Positions 37,633 through 46,649 of a stretch of DNA of 50,845 bases are shown piece after piece. Source of the stretch: Candidatus Aminicenantes bacterium. Lineage in GTDB: Bacteria; Acidobacteriota; Aminicenantia; Aminicenantales; Saccharicenantaceae. Where the stretch lies: assembly GCA_017883305.1 (NCBI GenBank), contig JADGNU010000003.1, positions 1 to 50,845 of the forward strand, in the 5' to 3' direction. Position numbers and translations under genes: made by a program. The notes below the pieces were generated by a model, which saw only the letters and a program-made list of their open reading frames with translations, was not told where the DNA came from and searched no databases. The number at the start of each line of letters is the position of its first letter. The first letter of the stretch is position 1.

Positions 37633-39603
37633 ATGAACGATCTCGCGTTTCTCTTTGCCGTCCACAACCACCAGCCCGTCGGGAACTTCCCCGAAATCTT
37701 CAAGGCGGCGTTCAACGACTGCTACCGGCCTCTCCTCGAAGCGCTGGCCGGCCATCCGGGTTTCCGCTTCGCCCTTCACTTCTCCGGACCCCTCTGGGAG
37801 TACATGGAGAAGAAAGAGCGGGGCTGCTGGGACCTCGTCCGGGAGCTTTCCATCCGGGGCCAGGTCGAGCTCCTGGGCGGCGGATTCTACGAGCCCGTCC
37901 TGTCCATCATCCCGGAAGAGGACCGCCTGGGCCAGATCCGCATGATGAACGATTTTCTGGCTGAAAATTTCGGTCAGCGGCCGCGCGGGCTGTGGCTGAC
38001 GGAGCGGGTCTGGGAACCCGACCTGCCTCGAACCCTGGCGACGGCGGGGATCGAGTTCACGCTCCTCGACGAAGAGCATTTTCACTACGCCGGCGTCCGC
38101 GACCTTCACACGACCTACATCACCGAAAGCGAAGGCCGGAGCCTGCGCGTTTTCCCAATTGACAAGACCCTGCGCTACGACATTCCGTTCCATTGCCTCG
38201 AGGACGTCGAGTCCTATCTCGGGACGATCCGCGAGGCGGGCGGGACGGCCATTCTCGGCGACGACGGGGAGAAGTTCGGGGTCTGGCCCGGAACGCACAA
38301 GCTGGTTTACGAGGACGGCTGGCTCGAGAGGTTCCTGGCCTTCGTCGAAGATAGGAAGATCCGGATGATGTCCTTCGCGGAATATCTGGACGGTCATCCT
38401 CCGTCGGGCCGGGTGTATCTTCCTCCCGCTTCCTACGAAGAAATGATGGAGTGGGTCCTCGAACCGGACGAGCAGGCGGCCTTTCAAAGGCTCAAGGCGG
38501 GCGCCGGCCCGGAAGCCCGCCGCTTCCTCCGCGGCGGCTTCTTCCGCGACTTCTGCCGCAAGTACCCGGAGGCGAATCACCTCCATAAGCGGATGATCAT
38601 GGTCTCCCGCGAGGTGCGCGCCGCCGGCAATCCGGGCGACGGTCTCCGCCAGGTCTACAAAGGTCAGTGCAACGACCCCTATTGGCATGGCGTCTTCGGG
38701 GGCCTTTACCTGCCGCATCTCCGCGAGGCCGCCTACGGCCACCTCCTCGAGGCCGAGAAGACGACTCCGGATCCACCGGGCTGGAAGGTCCTCGATTACG
38801 ATTGCGACGGCCGGGACGAGCTCGCGTACCGGGACCCGACCTTCGGCCTCATAGCCAAGCCGGCGGCCGGCGGGACGCTCGTCGAGATCGACTACCGCCC
38901 CTGGTCGAGGAACCTCACCGACGTCCTCAGCCGGAGGCGGGAGGCCTATCACCGCGCCGCCGAATCCGCGGGGCAGGGATCGGAGAGCGGCAAGAGCATT
39001 CACGAGCTCGACAAGAAGCTGCCGCCGGACGCGGCCGAGCTCATGCGCTACGACCGTCATCCGCGTTTCTCGATGATCGACCATTTTTTCCGCGCCGGGA
39101 CGACGCCCGATGATTTCCGCCGGGTCGATTTCGGCGAGCAGGGCGACTTCGTCGACGGCGCGTTCTCGTTCGAGGCCTCCGGGGGAGAGCTCCGGTTGGA
39201 GCGGCGAGGGATGGTGCGGGCAGGGGAGGAGAGGGTCCCGCTGGTCATCCGCAAGACCGTCGCCACCTCCGACGGCTCTCTCCGCATCGATATCGAGGTC
39301 GAGAATCTCTCCGGCAGGCCGCTCGACGTGACCTACGGGTCCGAGTGGAACTTCCTCGCCTTTCCTCACGAGATCGAGCTCCTCGGCGCGGACGGCGCCG
39401 CGCTCTACGGCCGGGCCCTTCGTTTCGAACCGTCGGCGGCCGACGCGGTCTGGACGTTCGCCCTGCGCACGCTCTCCCAATCCGAAGAGGGATTTGATAT
39501 AATCCACCAAGGGTATTGTCTATGCCCGGTTTGGTCGTTAGGATGGGCGGGGAACGGGACGAAGCGCCTCTCCGTAGTCTTGAAGGAGCATAATGGCCGA
39601 TAA
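37633..39603 (+). CDS. GH57 4-alpha-glucanotransferase/alpha-amylase (DUF1925/DUF1926 type)
   Basis: Motifs HNHQPVGN, GGFYEP, GLWLTERVWEP (nucleophile Glu), GDDGEKFG (acid/base Asp), ASYEEMMEW, QCNDPYWHG. Confidence 0.92.
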   Translation: MNDLAFLFAVHNHQPVGNFPEIFKAAFNDCYRPLLEALAGHPGFRFALHFSGPLWEYMEKKERGCWDLVRELSIRGQVELLGGGFYEPVLSIIPEEDRLGQIRMMNDFLAENFGQRPRGLWLTERVWEPDLPRTLATAGIEFTLLDEEHFHYAGVRDLHTTYITESEGRSLRVFPIDKTLRYDIPFHCLEDVESYLGTIREAGGTAILGDDGEKFGVWPGTHKLVYEDGWLERFLAFVEDRKIRMMSFAEYLDGHPPSGRVYLPPASYEEMMEWVLEPDEQAAFQRLKAGAGPEARRFLRGGFFRDFCRKYPEANHLHKRMIMVSREVRAAGNPGDGLRQVYKGQCNDPYWHGVFGGLYLPHLREAAYGHLLEAEKTTPDPPGWKVLDYDCDGRDELAYRDPTFGLIAKPAAGGTLVEIDYRPWSRNLTDVLSRRREAYHRAAESAGQGSESGKSIHELDKKLPPDAAELMRYDRHPRFSMIDHFFRAGTTPDDFRRVDFGEQGDFVDGAFSFEASGGELRLERRGMVRAGEERVPLVIRKTVATSDGSLRIDIEVENLSGRPLDVTYGSEWNFLAFPHEIELLGADGAALYGRALRFEPSAADAVWTFALRTLSQSEEGFDIIHQGYCLCPVWSLGWAGNGTKRLSVVLKEHNGR

Positions 39604-41245
39604 GTACTTCTCCCTCGTGCTCCATAGCCACATCCCTTATGTCCTCGCCCACGGCAGCTGGCCGCACGGCATGGACTGGCTGTACGAGGCGGCGGCCGAA
39701 ACCTACCTGCCGATCCTGGACGTCTTCGAGCGCCTGGCCGGCGAGGGCATTCCGGCCCGGACCAATGTCAGCTTCACTCCCGTGCTGATGGAACAGCTCA
39801 AGGACGGAAGCTTCGTCCGCGGCTTCGACGAATATCTCAGGATGAAGATCGAGATCGCCGCTCGCGACCGGTCCTACTTCCGCAAGACCGGGAACGCGGC
39901 CCTCCTCCCCCTGACCGACTTCTGGGAGGCCTGGTACCGCAGGCTCCTCGAGGGCTTCTACGTCCGCTACAATGGCGACATCATCGACGGCTTCCGCTCC
40001 CTCCAGGACCGCGGCCTGATCGAGGTCCTGACGTCGGGCGCCACCCACGGCTACTTCCCGCTTCTCTCGCGCGACGAGAGCATCCGCCAACAGGTCGGCC
40101 AGGGGCGCCATACGTATTGCAAGCATTTCGGTCGCGAGCCGCGGGGCTTCTGGATCCCCGAGTGCGCCTACCGGCCGGGCTACAGCTGGAAGAACCCTTT
40201 CGGAGACGGCGAGCCGTACGCCCGGCTCGGGGTGGACGAGATCCTGGGGCAGGAGGGGCTCGGATGTTTCTTCGTCGACGCCCACCTCCTCAAGGGCGGC
40301 GAGGCCAAGGGCGTCTACATCGACCGTTTCCCGGGCCTGAACCTCCTTTGGGAGAAGTCCCGGGAGGTCTACAAGCCGGCCGACGACAGGCCGAACGACC
40401 CTTATTCGGCCTACTTCGCCCATCCCTCGGGTCTCCCGTTCTTCGCCCGCGACGACGTCTCCGGCTCTCAGGTCTGGAGCCGCTCCATGGGCTACCCCGG
40501 CGACGGCCAATACCTCGAATTCCATAAAAAGCACTTCCCAGGCGGCCTGCGCTACTGGCGGATCACGTCGAGCGACGCGGACCTGGGCCTCAAGGAGCCT
40601 TACGATCCGGCCCCGATCCGGGCCCGGCTCGAGGAGCATGCCGGGCACTTCGCTTCGGTCCTCGAATCGACACTCGCCGACCGCCCCTCGGGCGCGGTCG
40701 TGGCCCTCTATGACACGGAGCTCTTCGGCCATTGGTGGTTCGAAGGGCCGGAGTGGCTCTATCACGTCATCAAGAAGCTTTCGTCCGGACAGGTCCGTCC
40801 CGCGACGGCCGGCGACGTGCTCGACCGCCTGCCGCCCCTGAAGGCCATCTCCCTGCCCGAAGGCTCGTGGGGCAAAGGCGGCTTCCACTGGATCTGGCTC
40901 AACGACGACACGGCCTGGATCTGGAGGAAGATCTATCGTATCGAGGAGGCCGCCGCGGCGCTCACGCCTCGCCTGACCCGCCTCGATCGGCGCCTGCTCA
41001 AGCAGTTCTTCCGCGAGAAGTTCCTGCTCGAGAGCTCCGATTGGCCCTTCCTCATTTCGACCTGGTCGGCCCGGGACTATGCGGAGCACCGGGCCGCCGA
41101 GCACTTCGAGCGGGCCCTGACCCTGGCCGGCTGGCTCGACGAGGGCCGGGTCCTCAGCGCCGCGGAAGAGGCGCTCCTCCGCACCTTCGAATCCGAAGAT
41201 CATCTCTTTGAAGAGGTCGTGCTGCCCGATGGAACTGTCATCTGA
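39593..41245 (+). CDS. GH57 1,4-alpha-glucan branching enzyme (DUF1957 type)
   Basis: Motifs LHSHIPYV, ETYLP, ATHGYFP, GFWIPECAY, YDTELFGHWWFEG, SWGKGG, SSDWPF. Confidence 0.92.
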   Translation: MADKYFSLVLHSHIPYVLAHGSWPHGMDWLYEAAAETYLPILDVFERLAGEGIPARTNVSFTPVLMEQLKDGSFVRGFDEYLRMKIEIAARDRSYFRKTGNAALLPLTDFWEAWYRRLLEGFYVRYNGDIIDGFRSLQDRGLIEVLTSGATHGYFPLLSRDESIRQQVGQGRHTYCKHFGREPRGFWIPECAYRPGYSWKNPFGDGEPYARLGVDEILGQEGLGCFFVDAHLLKGGEAKGVYIDRFPGLNLLWEKSREVYKPADDRPNDPYSAYFAHPSGLPFFARDDVSGSQVWSRSMGYPGDGQYLEFHKKHFPGGLRYWRITSSDADLGLKEPYDPAPIRARLEEHAGHFASVLESTLADRPSGAVVALYDTELFGHWWFEGPEWLYHVIKKLSSGQVRPATAGDVLDRLPPLKAISLPEGSWGKGGFHWIWLNDDTAWIWRKIYRIEEAAAALTPRLTRLDRRLLKQFFREKFLLESSDWPFLISTWSARDYAEHRAAEHFERALTLAGWLDEGRVLSAAEEALLRTFESEDHLFEEVVLPDGTVI

Positions 41246-42407
41246 GAAGACCCTGACCATGGTCCTCTGCGGGGGCAAAGGGGAGAGGCTCTACCCCCTG
41301 ACCCGTGACCGGGCCAAGCCGTCCGTGCCCTTTCTCGGCGCCTACCGGATCATCGACTTCAGCCTGTCCAACGCCCTCAACTCCGGCCTGCGCCGGATCG
41401 CCCTGCTGACCCAGTATAAATCCCTGTCCCTCGAGCGCCACATCCTCAACGGCTGGAACATCTTCCACGCCGAGAGCGGCGACTTCATCATCTCCCTGCC
41501 CGCGCAGGGCCGGGTCGGCGACCACTGGTACGAGGGCACGGCCGACGCGGTGTTCCAGAACATCTACACCATCCAGCAGGAGAACCCGGAAGCCGTTCTC
41601 ATTCTTTCGGGCGACCACATCTACAACGCGGATTATCGCAAGCTCCTGCTCTTCTTCAATCAGACCGGGGCCGACGCCCTGATCATGACCCGTACGATCC
41701 CCATCGAGGAGGCCTCGCGCTTCGGCGTTATCGGCGTCGACGGCGAGAGCCGCATCATCGAGTTCATGGAGAAGCCGAAGAAGCCGTTCGCGACACCCTG
41801 GGATCCGACGAAGAGCCTGATCTCCATGGGGGTCTATCTGTTCAAGACGCCCGTCCTGATCAAGGCCCTGATGCGCGACGCCCGCAAGACGCACAGCACC
41901 CACGATTTCGGCCGGGACATCATCCCCTCGCTCATCGACAGCCAGCGGGTCTTCGCTTACACCTTCGACGATTACTGGGAGGACATCGGGACGATCGACG
42001 CCTACTGGGAGGCGAATATGGCCTTCGTGTCGCCGTCCCCGCCGCCCATCCTCAAGGACCCGGCCTGGCCGGTCCGCTCCTACAGGCCCCAATATCCGCC
42101 GACGTTCGTCTCCGGGTGCGACCTGCGCGCCTCGATCATCGGCCCCGGCTGCTCGTTCATCGACTGCCGCATCGTCAACTCGATCATCGCTCCGCGGGTC
42201 CGCGTCGAGCCTGGCGCCGAGGTCATCGACTCGATCCTGTTCGAGAACATCACGATCTGCCGCGGGGCCCGCCTGCGCAAGGTCATCATCGACAAATCCT
42301 CGGCGATCCCCGAAGGTTTCGAGATCGGCTTCGACGCCGACAAGGACGGCCGGGAATTCAAGATCAGCCGGACCGGGATCCGGGTCGTGCCCAAGGGTTG
42401 GACCTGA
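41229..42407 (+). CDS. glgC: Glucose-1-phosphate adenylyltransferase
   Basis: Motifs GGKGERLYPLTRDRAKPSVPF, YRIIDF, TQYKS, GTADAVFQN, SGDHIY, EKP, SMGVY, DFGRDIIP, YWEDIGT. Confidence 0.94.
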   Translation: MELSSEKTLTMVLCGGKGERLYPLTRDRAKPSVPFLGAYRIIDFSLSNALNSGLRRIALLTQYKSLSLERHILNGWNIFHAESGDFIISLPAQGRVGDHWYEGTADAVFQNIYTIQQENPEAVLILSGDHIYNADYRKLLLFFNQTGADALIMTRTIPIEEASRFGVIGVDGESRIIEFMEKPKKPFATPWDPTKSLISMGVYLFKTPVLIKALMRDARKTHSTHDFGRDIIPSLIDSQRVFAYTFDDYWEDIGTIDAYWEANMAFVSPSPPPILKDPAWPVRSYRPQYPPTFVSGCDLRASIIGPGCSFIDCRIVNSIIAPRVRVEPGAEVIDSILFENITICRGARLRKVIIDKSSAIPEGFEIGFDADKDGREFKISRTGIRVVPKGWT

Positions 42408-42408
42408 G

Positions 42409-43758
42409 ATGATCGAGAAGTACAGCATCCTGTCCCCGGATTTCGAGCGCGACGCGCCCCGCGAGCTGATGCTGCTGTCGATCATCTCGCAGAGCTTTTT
42501 CCAGCCGTTCTCCCTCGAAGATAACCTCCTCGTCATCCTGACGGCCCTGACCTCCGGGTCGGGCGTCGGCTTCAACCGGGCCATGCTCTTCCTCAAGCAG
42601 GGAGACCGGCTGCGGGGGGAAATGTGGCTCGGCCCCCGGTCGGCCGAGGAGGCCGGGCTGATCTGGGAGGTCCTTTCGACGCCCGGCATCGGCTATGTCG
42701 AGATCGTCGAGCACAACCGGGCCCTGGTCAGCAAGAACGAGGACACCTTGAGCGCGCGCCTCAAGGGGCTCGTGTACGCCGCCGACGACGAGAACGCCCT
42801 CATCCCGGCCTACGCCGCCTGCCGCAAGGAGATCCTCCTCGTCTCCCAGGCTTCGACCGAGCCGCTCGTCGACCGGCGCTTCCTCAACGTCATCGGGGTC
42901 GAGCAGTTTCTCTGCATCCCCCTGCTCGCCCGCGACGACGTCGTCGGCGAGATCATCCTCGACAACGCCATCACCCGGACCCCGATCACCCCGTCCGACA
43001 TCAAGCTGGCCGGGATCTGCGGCCTGATGGCCGGCAACTACATCTATTCGGCGACGCTCCACCGCAAGCTCCTCGACGTCGAGAAGATGGCCGCCATGGG
43101 CGAGATGGCCATGTTCGTCACCCATCAGCTGCGCAACCCCATCGTCGCCATCGGCGGCTTCACCGAGCAGCTCCTCAAGCCCGATGTCCCCGAGGAGAAG
43201 AAGCTCCGCAATCTGACCATCATTCGCGACGAGATCCGCCGCCTCGAGGGCATCATCTACCAGATGGGCCACTTCCTCAAGGTCAGCCTCAAGGAACCGA
43301 TCTACTTCGATCCCGGCCCGGGCATCGCCGCCGTGATCGACAGCCCGGAAGTCCAGACCAAAGCCCGGGGATACGACTTGAACGTCAAGCTGGAGCCCTG
43401 CCTGCCCGAGATCCTCTGCGACCCGACCTCCTTCGGCGAGGTCGTCCGCAACCTTCTCGACAACGCCTTCGACGCGACGCCCGCCGGCGGAACGATCTCC
43501 GTCCGCGGCTACCGCAAGAATCCGACGTCCTTCGTCCTCTCCATCCGCGACACCGGACGGGGCCTGACGAATCCGGACAAGGAGAACCTCTTCAGGCCAT
43601 TCTTCACGACCAAGGAGAAGGGGATGGGTCTGGGCCTGCCCTTCATCAAACGGGTCATGGACACCTGCGGCGGCAAGGTCGAGGTCCAGAGCCGGTTCGG
43701 GAAGGGGGCCCTCTTCAAACTTATTTTTATCTGCCGCGAAAGGGAGCTGACGCCATGA
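42409..43758 (+). CDS. Cytoplasmic GAF-domain sensor histidine kinase
   Basis: N-terminal GAF-like region (GFNRAMLFL, FLCIPLL..VGEIILDN); H-box THQLRNP; N-box NLLDNA; G1 DTGRG; F-box FRPFFTTK; G2 GMGLGL. No clear TM helices. Confidence 0.9.
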   Translation: MIEKYSILSPDFERDAPRELMLLSIISQSFFQPFSLEDNLLVILTALTSGSGVGFNRAMLFLKQGDRLRGEMWLGPRSAEEAGLIWEVLSTPGIGYVEIVEHNRALVSKNEDTLSARLKGLVYAADDENALIPAYAACRKEILLVSQASTEPLVDRRFLNVIGVEQFLCIPLLARDDVVGEIILDNAITRTPITPSDIKLAGICGLMAGNYIYSATLHRKLLDVEKMAAMGEMAMFVTHQLRNPIVAIGGFTEQLLKPDVPEEKKLRNLTIIRDEIRRLEGIIYQMGHFLKVSLKEPIYFDPGPGIAAVIDSPEVQTKARGYDLNVKLEPCLPEILCDPTSFGEVVRNLLDNAFDATPAGGTISVRGYRKNPTSFVLSIRDTGRGLTNPDKENLFRPFFTTKEKGMGLGLPFIKRVMDTCGGKVEVQSRFGKGALFKLIFICRERELTP

Positions 43759-44111
43759 AAAAGAAGATCCTGATCGTCGAGGACGAGAAGACCCTCTGCC
43801 TCCTCTACGAAGAGGAGCTGAGCAACGAGGGCTACGACATCACCGCGGTGATGGATGCCGAGGCCGCGCTGGCCAAGCTGGGCGAGCAGAGCTTCGACCT
43901 CATCATCACCGACATCCGCATGCCGGGCAAGAACGGGATCGAGCTCATCACCCAGATCATGGGCCTGCGCAAGGATATCCCGATCATCATCAACTCGGCC
44001 TACCAGAGCTACAAGGAGGACTTCATGACCTGGGCGGCCGACGCCTATGTCGTCAAGTCCTCCTCGCTCGACGACCTCAAGTCCAAGATCAAGCAGCTGT
44101 TGGGGGACTGA
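43755..44111 (+). CDS. Single-domain response regulator (receiver only)
   Basis: ILIVEDE, DLIITDIRMPGKNG (phospho-Asp), IINSAY, YVVK. 118 aa, no output domain. ATGA overlap with the kinase gene. Confidence 0.92.
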   Translation: MKKKILIVEDEKTLCLLYEEELSNEGYDITAVMDAEAALAKLGEQSFDLIITDIRMPGKNGIELITQIMGLRKDIPIIINSAYQSYKEDFMTWAADAYVVKSSSLDDLKSKIKQLLGD

Positions 44112-45136
44112 TGTCAGAACTGAGAAAGGACCTCATCAGCGGGCGCTGGGTCATCATCGCCACGGAACGGAGCAAGCGGCCTGACGACTTCCGGCCCCAC
44201 GGCGCGGTCGCGCCGGCGCCTGAAGCCGCGGGGTTCTGCCCGTTCTGCGAAGGCAACGAAGGGAAGACCCCGCCGGAAGTCTTTGCCCTGCGGGCCGCCG
44301 GCACGGCCCCGGACTCGCCGGGCTGGACGGTCCGGGTCGTCCCGAACAAGTTCCCGGCCCTCAACCCGGGGCCCCCGCCGCCGCGGGCCACGCGCGGGGT
44401 CTTCCAGTCCATGGAAGGGCGGGGTATCCACGAGGTCGTCATCGAGAACCCCGACCATGCCTTCGAGCTGGCCGACCTGCCCGTCACCCATGTCCGCGAC
44501 GTGCTCGGAGTTTTCCAGAAAAGGATCCTGGCCATCGAGAGGGACTTCCATTACCAGTACGTCCAGGTCTTCAAGAACAAGGGCAAGGAGGCCGGTGCCT
44601 CGTTGAGCCATCCGCACTCCCAGATCGTGGCGACGCCCATCATCCCCAAGCGGGTCAAGGAAGAGATGTACGGCGCGGACCGGTTGTTCCGGACCTTCAA
44701 GGAATGCGCCTTCTGTCGCATCCTGCGGGAGGAGGAGGCGGCGGGGTCGCGCCTGATCGCCCGAAACGCGCAATTCACCGCTTTCGCGCCCTACGCGTCG
44801 CGGTTCCCCTTCGAAATGACGATCTACCCGAAGCGCCACTCGGCCTTCTTCACCGAAGTCCGGGAGGACGAGCTGCTGACGCTGGCCGAGATCCTGAAGC
44901 ACGTCCTGACCCGGCTGAAGGAAACGGTCGGCGACCCGCCGTTCAACCTGGTCCTCCACCAGGCCCCGAACCCGTCATCGTCGCTCAAGAAATGGCCGGA
45001 CATCGAGCTCCGGTCGCACTGGCACTTGGAGATCATTCCCATCCTGACCAAGGTCGCGGGTTTCGAGTGGGGGACGGGGTTCTACATCAACCCGGTCCCT
45101 CCGGAGACCGGGGCCCAATTTCTGCGTCAGTCTTGA
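44111..45136 (+). CDS. galT: GalT-family hexose-1-phosphate nucleotidyltransferase
   Basis: Motifs RSKRP, CPFCEGNE, VVPNKFPAL, HEVVIE, FKNKGKEAGASLSHPHSQ, CAFC, HWHLEI, AGFEWGTG. Confidence 0.88.
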   Translation: MSELRKDLISGRWVIIATERSKRPDDFRPHGAVAPAPEAAGFCPFCEGNEGKTPPEVFALRAAGTAPDSPGWTVRVVPNKFPALNPGPPPPRATRGVFQSMEGRGIHEVVIENPDHAFELADLPVTHVRDVLGVFQKRILAIERDFHYQYVQVFKNKGKEAGASLSHPHSQIVATPIIPKRVKEEMYGADRLFRTFKECAFCRILREEEAAGSRLIARNAQFTAFAPYASRFPFEMTIYPKRHSAFFTEVREDELLTLAEILKHVLTRLKETVGDPPFNLVLHQAPNPSSSLKKWPDIELRSHWHLEIIPILTKVAGFEWGTGFYINPVPPETGAQFLRQS

Positions 45137-45137
45137 T

Positions 45138-46583
45138 TCAGGACGCGGCCAGCTTCTTGTAGAGATCGAGGTAGGCGGACGCGGATCGCTCCCAGGAGAA
45201 GTCCGCGGCCATCGCGTTGCGGACAAGCTTCCGCCAATCGATGGGTTTCTTGAAGAGGGCCCCCGCGCGCCCCGCCGCTTCGACAAGCGGCTCGGGTTCG
45301 GCTTCGACGAACTTGAACCCGTTGCCGTTCCCGACCTGCGGATCGAACTCCTGGACGCTGTCGTCGAGACCGCCCGTGGCTCTGACGACAGGGATCGTGC
45401 CATACTTCATGGCGTACATCTGGGTCAGCCCGCAAGGCTCATAGCGCGAGGGGATGAGGAAGATATCGCTCCCGGCGTAGATCGTGTGGGCGATCCGCTC
45501 GTCGAAGGCGATCTTGAGGCCGATCCGGGTCGGGTTCTTCTCTTGGGCCTCCAGCAGGAAATCCTGGATCTTCTGGTCGCCTGTGCCGAGAATGACCAGC
45601 GTCAATCCGAGGCCGAGAAGATCTTGGAGGGCTTCGCAAACGATGTCGAGGCCCTTCTGCCCGGCCAGGCGGGTGACCATGCCCGCGACGGGAAGAGTCG
45701 TCGGCGCGGCCAGGCCGAAGAGGGCCGCGAGCTCCTTGCGGCAGGTTATTTTCCCCGTCAAGTCCTCGGGCACATAGTTGCGAGGAATGAGATGGTCGGT
45801 GGCGGGATTCCAATCGCGGTAATCGACGCCGTTGAGGATGCCGTAAAGGACCGCGGACCGGGAACGAAGGAGGCCGTCGAGGCCGCAGCCGAACGCCGGC
45901 GTCTGGATCTCGCGGCTGTAGCGAGGGCTGACCGTCGTCACGGCGGTCGCATAGAGGATGCCGGCCTTGAGGGCATTGACCTTGCCGTAGAACTCGAGCT
46001 CGTTCATGTTGAAGAGCGAGGCGGGGAGCCCGATGCGGTCGAGAAGTTCGTCGTCGAACAGGCCCTGGTAGGCCAGGTTGTGGATGGTGAAGAGCGTCCG
46101 CGTCCGCGCGAAAAAGGCATCCCCCGCATAGACATAGCGGAGATAGGCAAAGACCAGGGCCGACTGCCAGTCGTGGCCGTGAACGATGTCGGGCGAGTAG
46201 CGCATCGCCCTCATGGTCTCGATGGAGGCCCGGCTAAAGAAGGCGAAACGCTCGCCGTTGTCCGGATAATCCCCGGCCGCGGTCCCGTAAAGGCAGTCCC
46301 GGTCGAAATACTCCGGCCGGTCGATGAAATAGACTGTGACGCCGTCGGCCCGGTGGGAGAAGACGGCGTAGGCGAGCTTCTCGCCGCCCATCTCGAGCTC
46401 GGCCCGCTCGATGACCGGCGTGAGCGGGATCTTCTTTTTCCGCACCTCCCGGTAGAGAGGCATGAACGCCCGGACTTCGGCGCCGAGCCCGGCGAGGACC
46501 TTGGGCAGGGCCCCGGCCACGTCGGCCAGGCCGCCCGTCTTGGCATAGGGGATGACTTCGGAGGCAAGGAATGCGACTTTCAT
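45138..46583 (-). CDS. glgA: Glycogen synthase (ADP-glucose)
   Basis: Motifs AKTGGLADV, HGHDWQ, TIHNLAYQG, TVSPRY, GILNGVD, RLAGQKG, PSRYEPCGLTQM, TGGLDD. Confidence 0.96.
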   Translation of the reverse strand: MKVAFLASEVIPYAKTGGLADVAGALPKVLAGLGAEVRAFMPLYREVRKKKIPLTPVIERAELEMGGEKLAYAVFSHRADGVTVYFIDRPEYFDRDCLYGTAAGDYPDNGERFAFFSRASIETMRAMRYSPDIVHGHDWQSALVFAYLRYVYAGDAFFARTRTLFTIHNLAYQGLFDDELLDRIGLPASLFNMNELEFYGKVNALKAGILYATAVTTVSPRYSREIQTPAFGCGLDGLLRSRSAVLYGILNGVDYRDWNPATDHLIPRNYVPEDLTGKITCRKELAALFGLAAPTTLPVAGMVTRLAGQKGLDIVCEALQDLLGLGLTLVILGTGDQKIQDFLLEAQEKNPTRIGLKIAFDERIAHTIYAGSDIFLIPSRYEPCGLTQMYAMKYGTIPVVRATGGLDDSVQEFDPQVGNGNGFKFVEAEPEPLVEAAGRAGALFKKPIDWRKLVRNAMAADFSWERSASAYLDLYKKLAAS

Positions 46584-46649
46584 GGTCCGCCTATTCTAGC
46601 ATAAGTACGCATGGCGGTCATCCGGACGCCCTTTCTCCTCGCTCATCAT

